Source: a virus
Taxonomy: Duplodnaviria; Caudoviricetes
Virus record (IMG/VR): IMGVR_UViG_3300032318_002212
Coordinates: 1-25,269 of that record
Length of the DNA stretch: 25,269 nucleotides
Reading direction: 5' to 3' (one strand)
The notes under the pieces are model-generated. The model was not told the origin of the DNA. It saw only the letters and a program-made list of their open reading frames with translations, and ran no database searches. This document shows, one piece after another, positions 7,682 through 16,800 of the stretch (positions within the stretch are counted from its first letter, which is position 1; every line of letters starts with the position of its first letter). The position numbers and the translations under genes are program-made.

Positions 7682-7902
7682 GCCACGCGCAGTTTCGGAC
7701 GTTTGCTGATCCGGTGAGATTCAAGCCAGGACAAAACAGCCGGCTCCGGGATGACCACCCGGGAGCCCACCCGGTAATGCTCCAGGTCGCCGCGGCTCAA
7801 CGCCTGGCTGACCGTCGTGCGTCCCAGGCCGGTCCGTCGGCAGAGCTCGGCGACGCTGAAGCAGGTCGGCAGGCTGTATGTTTCCTTGTGCTGATTTGAC
7901 AT
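7678..7902 (-). CDS. Excisionase-family HTH DNA-binding protein
   Basis: FSVAELCRRTGLGRTTV...GDLEHYRVGSRVVIPEPAVLSWL matches the HTH_17/Xis pattern. Confidence 0.85.
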   Translation of the reverse strand: MSNQHKETYSLPTCFSVAELCRRTGLGRTTVSQALSRGDLEHYRVGSRVVIPEPAVLSWLESHRISKRPKLRVA

Positions 7903-7929
7903 ACAAAAAAGAAAAACGGGGCGCCGCGG

Positions 7930-8148
7930 TCAGTCCCGCCACGCTTGGCAGTTGTCGGGCGGCATGTCGTGCTCGGCGCAATAGGCAGCGACTGCACTGG
8001 CAGCCGACGCAGCATGCACCAGCTCCCGCCAGGCACCGGTCAGCGGGCAGAATCCCTGCACCATCCAACGGCGCCGCGGCGCCACTCGGGTCGCCTGACT
8101 CGCCCTGGTCCGGCTCGAGGCCGGCCGCGCCATCGTCGCCTGGCTCAC
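7930..8148 (-). CDS. Hypothetical protein (72 aa)
   Basis: GTGA-coupled start within the early leftward operon. Confidence 0.55.
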   Translation of the reverse strand: MSQATMARPASSRTRASQATRVAPRRRWMVQGFCPLTGAWRELVHAASAASAVAAYCAEHDMPPDNCQAWRD

Positions 8149-8249
8149 TTGCCACCTCTTTCAAACAAGCGTTCGAATGACAAAAGCACCCCAGCCACCG
8201 CCACATTCCCGGCCAGCAGCAAAATAAAAAGGACGGCCGAGTCGCTCAC
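8145..8249 (-). CDS. Small single-TM peptide (MSDSAVLFILLLAGNVAVAGVLLSFERLFERGGK)
   Basis: Manual translation; GTGA overlaps at both ends. Confidence 0.6.
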   Translation of the reverse strand: MSDSAVLFILLLAGNVAVAGVLLSFERLFERGGK

Positions 8250-8422
8250 GCCGCCACCTCGCAGTCCGTATTAGGTAGCGACGCTTTACGCCGCTCGAGC
8301 TCCTCGATGATTAAACGCCGGACGACCGCGGATCGGCTCAGATACTGGCTTCGCGCATGGTCATGGATCTGATGAAACACATCCTCCGGCAACGTCACAG
8401 TCAGTGGAACGAGTTTTGCCAT
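8246..8422 (-). CDS. Ribbon-helix-helix regulator (Cro-position, CopG/Arc-like)
   Basis: MAKLVPLTVTLPEDVFHQIHDHARSQYLSRSAVVRRLIIEEL: beta-strand, helix, SRS, helix; first gene of the leftward operon. Confidence 0.85.
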   Translation of the reverse strand: MAKLVPLTVTLPEDVFHQIHDHARSQYLSRSAVVRRLIIEELERRKASLPNTDCEVAA

Positions 8423-8509
8423 GGGGTGTAAATCCCATACTTGTGAGTTCTTGACAAGAATAACTTGCAAGAAACTTGAAGATTCTTGCGGCCTTGCTAT
8501 CTTGTCCCC
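8423..8509. promoter_or_regulatory. Divergent promoter/operator region
   Basis: CTTG at 8440, 8450, 8464, 8475, 8485, 8493, 8501; palindromes TTCTTGACAAGAA (8448-8460) and CTTGCAAG (8464-8471); TTGAAG-16-TATCTT with a TG extension just before ATG 8510. Confidence 0.75.
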
Positions 8510-8782
8510 ATGAAACGCACAAAAAAGCCCGGCAACCACGGCCCCGGGAGCAAGTCAGTCTACATCTCCACCAGCATCCCCAAGCACATCGACGCCGAGC
8601 TCCGGCGCCTCGCCGCGCAGTCCGAGCTCACCCGCGGCGGCATGGCCCGCGAATGCATTGAAGACGCCGTCACCCGCGGCCTGGTCGTCAGCAAGACCCG
8701 CCGCACCAGCACGATCGTCGAGTATCCCCTGCTGCACCCCGCAAACCCCACCGTCCGCGCTGCCGACGATGCGGTCTCATAA
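8510..8782 (+). CDS. Ribbon-helix-helix regulator (repressor-position)
   Basis: SVYISTSIPKHIDAELRRLAAQSELTRGGMARECIEDAV; the only credible + strand CDS in the window. Confidence 0.8.
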   Translation: MKRTKKPGNHGPGSKSVYISTSIPKHIDAELRRLAAQSELTRGGMARECIEDAVTRGLVVSKTRRTSTIVEYPLLHPANPTVRAADDAVS

Positions 8783-8845
8783 TATTGCCCCTCGCGTATC
8801 AGGAAGGCAATATCATCCGCGGACCATGGGCCGGCTCATGGTTTT
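8782..8845. terminator. Hairpins between convergent genes (putative terminators)
   Basis: ATATTGCC(8782-8789)/GGCAATAT(8806-8813); ACCATGGG-CCGG-CTCATGGT (8823-8842) followed by TTT. Confidence 0.5.
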
Positions 8846-8853
8846 GAAATCCT

Positions 8854-9150
8854 CTACTTAGGCCAATCGCCCCGTCGCGGCCGAGGCTCCACCGCCGGCG
8901 GCTGCAGATAAGCCCCGAGTCCCGCCAACGCCGCGCACCCAACCACCGCCACCAACCAGCGCCAGGACTCCCCGATCGCCGACACCAGATTAGCGCCCCA
9001 GCTCACTTTCTTGCCCAGCTCCCACGGCTCCAAGACAGCCGCATCCGTCCAGATGGCCGAGCCAATCGGAGAAGCCCGCAGCAAAATCACCACGCCCCAA
9101 CCCCCCACGAGCAGGCAAATCCAACTCACCACCAGCCGCCAGCGATTCAT
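8854..9150 (-). CDS. Two-TM membrane protein
   Basis: Two hydrophobic segments; ATGA-coupled to the lipoprotein gene. Confidence 0.7.
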   Translation of the reverse strand: MNRWRLVVSWICLLVGGWGVVILLRASPIGSAIWTDAAVLEPWELGKKVSWGANLVSAIGESWRWLVAVVGCAALAGLGAYLQPPAVEPRPRRGDWPK

Positions 9151-9503
9151 GGCCCAAAACTAAGCGCCGGCGCCACCCCCGGCAAGCCCCGCAAATCGAA
9201 GAGCATCCGCTCCGGCACCGGCTCCCCATAGCGCACCATCTTCCGCTCCCAGGCCCCGCTCGAGTGCGTCACCGTGATTGCATTGATCCCCTTCGGCAGC
9301 CCCCGCTCCGACGACCGCACCCGCACCGCGATCGGCGCCACCCCCACATAGCCCGAATTATGCTCCACCCAGCATCCGCGAGGAATCGTCTGCACCATCA
9401 CCTCCTGCCAATGCTCCACCGGCGGCATATACGCCACCGGCGGCTCCGGCCTCGAAGCACAGCCCGCCAATGACAGCGCCGCTGCCAGGATGATCCGCCT
9501 CAT
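9147..9503 (-). CDS. Lipoprotein with PEGA-like beta domain
   Basis: MRRIILAAALSLAG-C lipobox; VQTIPRGCWVEHNSGYVGVAPIAV resembles the PEGA pattern. Confidence 0.75.
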   Translation of the reverse strand: MRRIILAAALSLAGCASRPEPPVAYMPPVEHWQEVMVQTIPRGCWVEHNSGYVGVAPIAVRVRSSERGLPKGINAITVTHSSGAWERKMVRYGEPVPERMLFDLRGLPGVAPALSFGP

Positions 9504-10642
9504 AACGGCGCCGCCTCCTCCAGCAAGTCATGGTAGTGATTCCAAGTCGTCTTAAAATCCCCATGCCCCATCACCACCGCCGTCGCCGGCAAGCCGTATT
9601 TCTGGCAATACTCCGCCCCAAACTGCTTACGCAACTCATACGCCCCCTTCGTCCGCTCCGGCACAAACCCCCGCACAAAGCCATTGATCGACCGCTCCGT
9701 CAACGTCACCGCATCCGTCATCGACGCACGAGGAATGACATAGCCTTCCCGCGACAGCAACGCCCGCCGCAGTTGCCCCAAGATTCGCCACCGCACCGGC
9801 ACATCCCGCGCCGTCCCCTTCGGGAAATACCAAGAACCATCCGGAAGCAAGCGCCGCTCAAACGACCAAAGAAACGACCGCTGGCCCCGCTTCAACCACT
9901 CCCAGCGCAGACTCGCCACCTCCGAATTCCGCAGCCCACACCACCGCATCAGCGCATACACCGCCCACACCCGACGATCCTCCGGCGAGCTCGAGCGACG
10001 CAACACCTCCGCCGCCGCATCCATCGCCGCCAACCGCTCGCGCCCGATCAACTTATAGCCCCGCACCCGTTGCTCACGGGCCGCCATCTCCGCCCGCACC
10101 AACCGCAGCTCCGTCAAATCCGGCAAGACCAACCCCGCCTGGGCATACCACCGCCGCGGCTGATCCGCAAAGATCGCCCGGATCTGCCGCCAGGTAGAGG
10201 CCCGACCCTCCGGCGAGCCCGGCCAAGCCCGCAGATACCGCTCCAGCTCCTCCGCCGACAAACGAGTCATCGACACCGCATCCGCATCCGCCCCCGCAAA
10301 CGACCGCACCCACTTCCGCAGCGTCGAAGCATTATTGCCCCGAGTCATCGCCGGCGACCGCTCCAGCCAGACCGCCAGCACATCGCCCACCGCCGCAAAG
10401 CCCGGCCGCTTCATGGTAGCCCGAGCCTGGCCATCAAGACGTAATTCCCGAGCGATAACTTTCGCTTGAACCAGCGCCTCCTTGTAATTAGTTTTCCCGG
10501 TCGACCGCTTAAAGCGCCTACCATGCACCTGAGTCCTGTAGTAATAAACCTCCGAGCCCGGCTCCTTGTAGACGGATACCTCGGAATGTTTGCGTTGCTG
10601 TTGGGGATGGGCCACTTGGGCCACTTTGAGTGCCACTTCCAT
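9500..10642 (-). CDS. int: Tyrosine recombinase (phage integrase)
   Basis: N-terminal arm-binding-like domain (YYYRTQVHGRRFKRSTG), GLRNSEV (R), PKG (K), YELRK (variant HxxR), VMGH, NHY (catalytic Y); start 10642 (ATG) or 10666. Confidence 0.92.
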   Translation of the reverse strand: MEVALKVAQVAHPQQQRKHSEVSVYKEPGSEVYYYRTQVHGRRFKRSTGKTNYKEALVQAKVIARELRLDGQARATMKRPGFAAVGDVLAVWLERSPAMTRGNNASTLRKWVRSFAGADADAVSMTRLSAEELERYLRAWPGSPEGRASTWRQIRAIFADQPRRWYAQAGLVLPDLTELRLVRAEMAAREQRVRGYKLIGRERLAAMDAAAEVLRRSSSPEDRRVWAVYALMRWCGLRNSEVASLRWEWLKRGQRSFLWSFERRLLPDGSWYFPKGTARDVPVRWRILGQLRRALLSREGYVIPRASMTDAVTLTERSINGFVRGFVPERTKGAYELRKQFGAEYCQKYGLPATAVVMGHGDFKTTWNHYHDLLEEAAPL

Positions 10643-10842
10643 GCGAACAAGATCGAACACCGGCAAACATCTTGCAAGAACTATTTCACGTTAGGATCAG
10701 AACTTTCATCAGAAGCGACTGGTCCCAACATTCCGTCCCAACACTTTCCACGCGGCCATAGCTCAATTGGATAGAGCATCTGACTACGGAGCAGGCCCTT
10801 TTCTCTGTCCGTTTCTCTGTTGGGCCACTTTACGGACCACTT
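10609..10842. other. attP: tRNA-derived core plus arm-type repeats
   Basis: GGGCCACTT at 10609, 10618 and 10822; GTGCCACTT 10630; GGACCACTT 10834; these flank the tRNA fragment, next to int. Confidence 0.85.
10752..10790 (+). pseudogene. 5' half of tRNA-Arg(ACG) (att core); not a complete tRNA
   Basis: GCGGCCA-TA-GCTC-AATTGGATA-GAGC-A-TCTGA-CTACGGA: acceptor 5' strand, D-arm and anticodon loop with ACG at 10786-10788; no T-arm or CCA follows. Confidence 0.9.
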
Positions 10843-10861
10843 CCCTTCCCCGTTTCGCCCT

Positions 10862-13800
10862 TTAGAATCTCCGGTCGAGATACTCCGCGGCCACCTGGTC
10901 CGGTGAGCCCTGCGGGATTTGCTTGAGCAGCTCGAGCGCCTTCTCCAGCTCCGCGATTTGCCCGCGGTTGCCGATCAGCAAGCTCTGCGCGTAGCGAGTC
11001 TGCACCGTCCGCATATTCCGCTCATTCGCGTAATCCCGCTTCAGTGAATAATACTTCGCCACCCCCTGCATCTGCGCCAGCACGCCGATCCCCTTGCGCA
11101 AGTCCTGCATGTAGGCGAGCTGCACCTGCAGATGCCGCAGCTGGTCGCTGCCCAGATCCTCCGCGGGAAACTCCGGATCACGCAGCATATTCCAGCCCTT
11201 CGCCTTCAGCCGCTCATCGAGCAGCCGCAACCGATCCTCCACCGACGTCACCGACTGCACCGCCTGGCTGCCGAATCCGATCGGATCACGGACAAACAAC
11301 CTCCCCACGAACGGCACATCCGCCATCTCCATCATCGGCCGGCCCCGGTCGATCGACTCCGCCAGGCGCAGCGTCTCATCCGCCTGCCGCGACAGCGCCT
11401 GCTGCACGATATACTGCAGCTTCGCCGGCGAATAATTCATCATCGTCCCCACCTTCCGGTAGAACTCCGGCGTCGTGCTGTAGTATTGCTCGCTCGCCGG
11501 CAGCTGCACCATCCACGGCGCCACGATATGCTTCTGGCGAAACGTCGACCAATTCATGTTCGCCTCCATGATCGTCGCCAGCTGCGGCCCGAAGAACTGC
11601 AGCCCGCTCCCCGGGTCCACGATCCGCTTCAGCAGCATGATCGCCGTCCGGTTCGCGTCCACCTTCGGCCGCCTCAGGAGATCATCCATCGTCGCATTAT
11701 AAACCACCGAGCCCATCACGCCCTCCGGCCCGTAGGGAAACGGCACCGAGAACCCCGCCAGATCCATGAACGACAGCCGATCATCCACCACCCGCTGACG
11801 TTCCCGCTCCTTCTCCTCCTCATCCATCATGAGGAAACGAGCGATCGCCGCCCCGCCGAACATCGCCGGAATCATCACCAAGAGCCGCGTCCACGCCGTC
11901 CCCCGCACCGCCGGGTCAGGGTCGGAAAGTTTCTGTCCCACATTGCGCACGCCCTGCAGCATCGGGTTGAGGAAGCCCGGGATGCTCATCGCAATCCTCG
12001 CATCGGCAAGCCCCGAGTGCTCATTGAACTGCCCGCTCGCCGTCCAATACTTCGCCAGCGCCTCCTCATCCGTCGCCCCACGTTCCAGCGCCGCCACCGC
12101 CGCGCCCTCGCGGCCCGCCGTCTCGAAGAACGCCGCCATCGCCCGCCCACCCGTCACCAAGTTGATCAAGTCCGCCGTCTTCCAGAGCGGGAACAGCCAA
12201 TTACTCGGCTGCAGCACCGTCGCCACCGTCTTGATTACCGGGTCCTTCGCCTGGCTCACATAGAAACCCTCGCTCAGCCACTGCCAGATCGCCCCGTGCT
12301 TGAGCGACGCCAGCATCTCCTGCTCACTCGGCTGCACCCGCGAAAGCAGCAAACCCTCCGAGAAAACCTGCGGATACTTCTGCGTAAATTTATTGACCAC
12401 GCCCTTCGTATGCGCCCAGCCCGGCACCCAGGCCACCGGGTCCGGATTGAGCAACGTCTGCGTGAAGGTATCACGAAACAAATTCCTCAGCGCAAAGACC
12501 GCACCCTGCGTGATGTTCCGCTTCCAATTCTGCGTCATCGGCCCCAGCAGCCAGGACGCCGCCTTGCCCATCTTCGAAGCCGTCTGCGGACTGGCAAAGA
12601 GCCCGAAGATCGCCGGATCACCCAGCTGGTAATACTCCCGCACCCCATCCCGCAGCAGCGACACCACATTCACATCCGTCGGCTTCACCGGCCGCCACAC
12701 ATCCCGGAAACTCCACGAGAGATTCACATCCTCCGCCTTCACCTCCGGCCGGAAGCCCAGCACCTTCTCATAGGCATCCGCGATCGACTTCATCACCCAG
12801 CCCAGCGCCTCCTCCTTCGAGACCGAAGCCGCCGCCTTCATCGGCATCTTCATCTTCACCATCGTCGAGCCCGCCAAGATCCGCGCCTCCGCCGGCAGCG
12901 AGAGATCCTTCGCCACCGCCGCCATATTGTCGTAGAGTTTCAACCCGAAGCGATTCCAGTAGTAGGCTTCGAACATCTCCCGCACCCGCTCCTCCGTCAC
13001 CTCATCGATATTCCGGATCGCCTCCCCCGAGCCCCGCGCCCGGTAGACCCCCGCCGACATATCGCCCCGCCCACGGCCCGCCGCGCCCCGGCCCGCCGTC
13101 ATCACCCGCGGCAGCGGCCAGTAGCCCGGCCGCGCCCCCTGCATCCGCGCCCGGTCCATCCCCGAGATCAGCCCGCCCGCCTCCTTCACCTCCAGGATCA
13201 AGTCATGGAAGCGCGACTGCTCCTTATACATCCGCGTAAAATTTGGAATATCCTGCACCGCCATGGCCACGATCGCCTTCAAGTCATCCGGCAAGATCCC
13301 CTCCCGCATCCCCGGATACTCCAGGCCCCCATTCTCCCACCGGTTCAGCGACTCCTGCGCCCACGCCGCCTGGTCAAACTGCGCCAACTTCGAAGCCGGC
13401 ACCTTCTTCCGCAAATCCACCCAGGCATCATGCGTCAGGTAGCGGATACTTCCATCCGCCTCCACAATCCGCAGCCCCTTCGAGATCCCCGCGCCCGAGA
13501 TCGCCAGCTGCGTCTCCGCCCCGATCGAGAGGATCATATTGTAAGCCGACATCAGCGGCGTCAGATTCGTCGACCGCACCGCCCGCGCCTTCGTCACCGC
13601 CGCCTTGTAAGCCGTCTCCGTCTCCTTCCGTTGCTTGATGATCGCCCGCGTGATCTTCCGATCCAGCCCCGACACCGGCGCCCCCGAAGCGATCGCATTC
13701 ACCGCCGCTTCGCCCCCGCGCACGATCGCCCCGATCAACTCATTAGCCGAAGGCCGCACATTCGGCGGCGCGTTAAACATCGCCCACCGCGTCGCCACAT

Positions 13801-16800
13801 CCTGCCCTTGGAAAGCATTGACCGCCCGCGCCGCATCCCGCAAGAGCTTCGCCATGCCAGGATAAAACCGTTCCGCCGCCGCCGAGATCGCCGCCGACAC
13901 CTGCAAGTTCTGCACCGTCGCCGGGTCCGTCAGCAACAGCCGCGTCCACTCCGCCACGCCCTCACCCAGCCGATAGTTGTATTGCCCCACCGGCGAGAGC
14001 GAAGCCGGCGGATCACTCGCCATGCTGCCCGGTCGATTAGTTAGCGCAATCAGCTCCGCCCCAAACGGCACGAAAATATCCGGCAACCTCGCCCGCAAGA
14101 GATACTCCAGCCCATGCCCCGCCTCGTGGAAATTGATCTGGCTCTGCGTCTCCCGCGTGTAAGCCACATGGTTCGCCGGCTTATAGTGCGCCGGATGCGT
14201 CCGCGACGTCTGCGTCGTCGACCGCCGCATCTCCAGGCGCACCGCCTCATTGACAAAATCCACGATCGAGCGAAAGCCCCAGCGTTGCCCAGGGCGGAAA
14301 TTCTCCACCCCCTTAATGAGCCGGCGCCCCGCCGACGTCTCCCCCCGAGCCAGCACCCAGTCCGGAGTCTGCAACGCCGCCATCCCCACCGGAATCCCCG
14401 GCGGCACCTGCGCTCCCCCGCCTGACCGCACCGTAGCCGGCGGCGTCAGCGGATCACTCGACAGCGAGCCTGTAGGCGCTGCCCCGGTAGGCACCGCTGG
14501 CCCAGCGGCCCGACTGCCTCTTATCTCTCCCCCAAACAAATCCCCCTGCCCCGCCTCCGCCGCCGCGGCCGCCGCCTCCGCCTCAGCTCGAGCTGCCAGC
14601 TCCTGCGGCGTCAGGCTGCGAGCATCCGTCTGGCCCATTAGGCCAAACTCCACATCCTGTTCGCCCAGCAAATCCATCTGCCGCGGCCCTGGCCCCGCCG
14701 CCCGCCGCGCCCCACGCATCTCCAGCGGCACATCCTCCATGCTTTGCGTCGCCATCCCGAAAATCTCCCGACCCGAGCGCAGCCTGGTTCCCAGCAACTC
14801 GATCAGGTCCGCCTCCGTCTCCACCCGGAAGCCCTTTTGTCGGAGCGCCATGGTCATCTCATCGAGATCCATGCCATCCCGGCGGAAGAGCTTATTGATA
14901 AAGACCCCCTTCTGGTTATCGCCCCCCTTGCCCTTGCCCGCGCCCTTCGCCTCCTCGTAGAGCGCCTTCAGCTCGCCCGTCCACACCGCCCGCTTCGAGC
15001 CCGACTTCGGCGCCGGCAACCCACCCAGATCGATCACCGCCGCCAGCAACTCCTCCGCGCCCGCACCCGCCATGCTCTCCCGGTATTCGCCCTCCTGCCC
15101 CGAGAGATAGTCCTCATAATCCTTCAGCGTCTGCGTATTCAGCGTCGCCGTCCCCGTCGCCGGGTCCAGGTCATAGAACGGCACCGACAAATCATAAACC
15201 TGGAACGCCTTCACCGACACCGGTTCCCCCGCATCGATCGCCGAACGCACGATCTGCAAATGCTCCGAGAGCAGCGCATTCCAGTTGTCCGTCTCCGCCT
15301 CCTCCAAATCAATACCCCGAGCATTCGCCGTATCCAGCGCCCAATTGAAAGGCTCCATCATCGCCGCCGACATCGCCGGCGGCACCGCCACGGCCACCGC
15401 GGGTGCCGGCCCCGGCATCGGAATCGTCACCGTCCCAGGCGGCAGCACATTCACCGGCGCCTCCCGCGGCACGCTTGGCGCCGTCGTTGTCGCCGCAGTC
15501 GCCGCACCAGGCGCCGGCAAAGCCTGCGGCACGTCCGCCTTGGCCCGAGCCACCGCACCCTCCGGCAGCCTGGCCGGCACGCGGTAGGGCACGCGAGCCT
15601 GCGCCCCGGCCACCCTGGGCATGAATCCCGCCACGCTGGTCGTCTGCGCCCTGAACTCCGGATCATTCGCCCGAAACTGTCCATCCGCATCGTAGGTCGG
15701 CCGCAAGCGCACCCCGCCCGCCGCGTCCATCTCGGCAAACGCCGCCCGCATTGCCGGCGCTGCCACCCGGGCCAGCTCCGACTCCGCCGCCGTGAGCGGA
15801 GTCCCCGCCTTCATCTTCGCCGCCACGGCCAGCAAATCCTTCTGCGTGGCCGCTTTGTTATTGATGAAAAATCCCCCCGTTAAAGCGCCAGCACCCGCCG
15901 CCATGGCAAATCCCCCCGGCGTGATCTCCTGGCCCCGCACCGCCGCATCGATCGGATACGCCACCACGCCCGTCCCGGCGCCCGCCGCCCCAGCCAGCGC
16001 CGCCTGGCGAGCCACCGCCGGCGCCACCGCCTGCCCAGCCTCCCTGGCCGCCGCCGCCGCTGTCATGAGTCCCCGGGCGCCCTGCGCCACCGACACCGGC
16101 AGCGCCAGCGCCGCCATGCCCATCTCGCCCCCCGCCTTGTGCATCGGGAAAAGCTCCGCCGCCTTCATCACATCGTCGTATTCCGTAAAATGTTCGCCCA
16201 GCTTCTTGTAGATCGCATCGTAGCCCAAGCCCGCCGCAATGCCCCCGCCGACCGCGCCCGCCACGCCACCCACCACGGCCGCCGCCGGCGCCAGCGGAGC
16301 ACCCACGCCAGATGCCAAGAACGCCGCCCCCGCACCCGCCGCCAGCAGCTTCGCCCCACCCACCGCACCCACCGTCATCGCACCGCCCCGGCCCGCGCCC
16401 TGCAAGAAAGCCAGCAGCTTCGGGTCCGCCTGCGCCTTTTCCTCCAGCTTGCGCCGGTCATCCATCACCTTGAAAATTTTTGCCTCATCCGCCTTGATCT
16501 TCTCGTAGTTCGACTGCGGCAAGATCCCCGCGGCAAACGCCTCCTCGACGCCCTGGGTAAATCGCTCCGGCGAGGATTGGTCAAAGACGATCTGCCCGCC
16601 CTCCGAAGGCACCAGCCGCGGCGCCCGCTTCAATGGATCGGTCGCCATCGTCCCCGTCTCCGGGTCCACCACCAGGGAACCGGTAAATTGAAACGCCGGC
16701 CCCTTCGCATCGAAAGTCACGTCGCTGCCATCCGCCGCCTCCGGTGTTGTCACCGGCTTCGGTGTCGGCCGCGGCGCCGGCAGCTTAATCTCCGGCGCCC

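Noticed and set aside
10752-10830. Complete tRNA-Arg gene
   Set aside because: No T-arm, no 3' acceptor strand and an imperfect anticodon stem; only the 5' half is present
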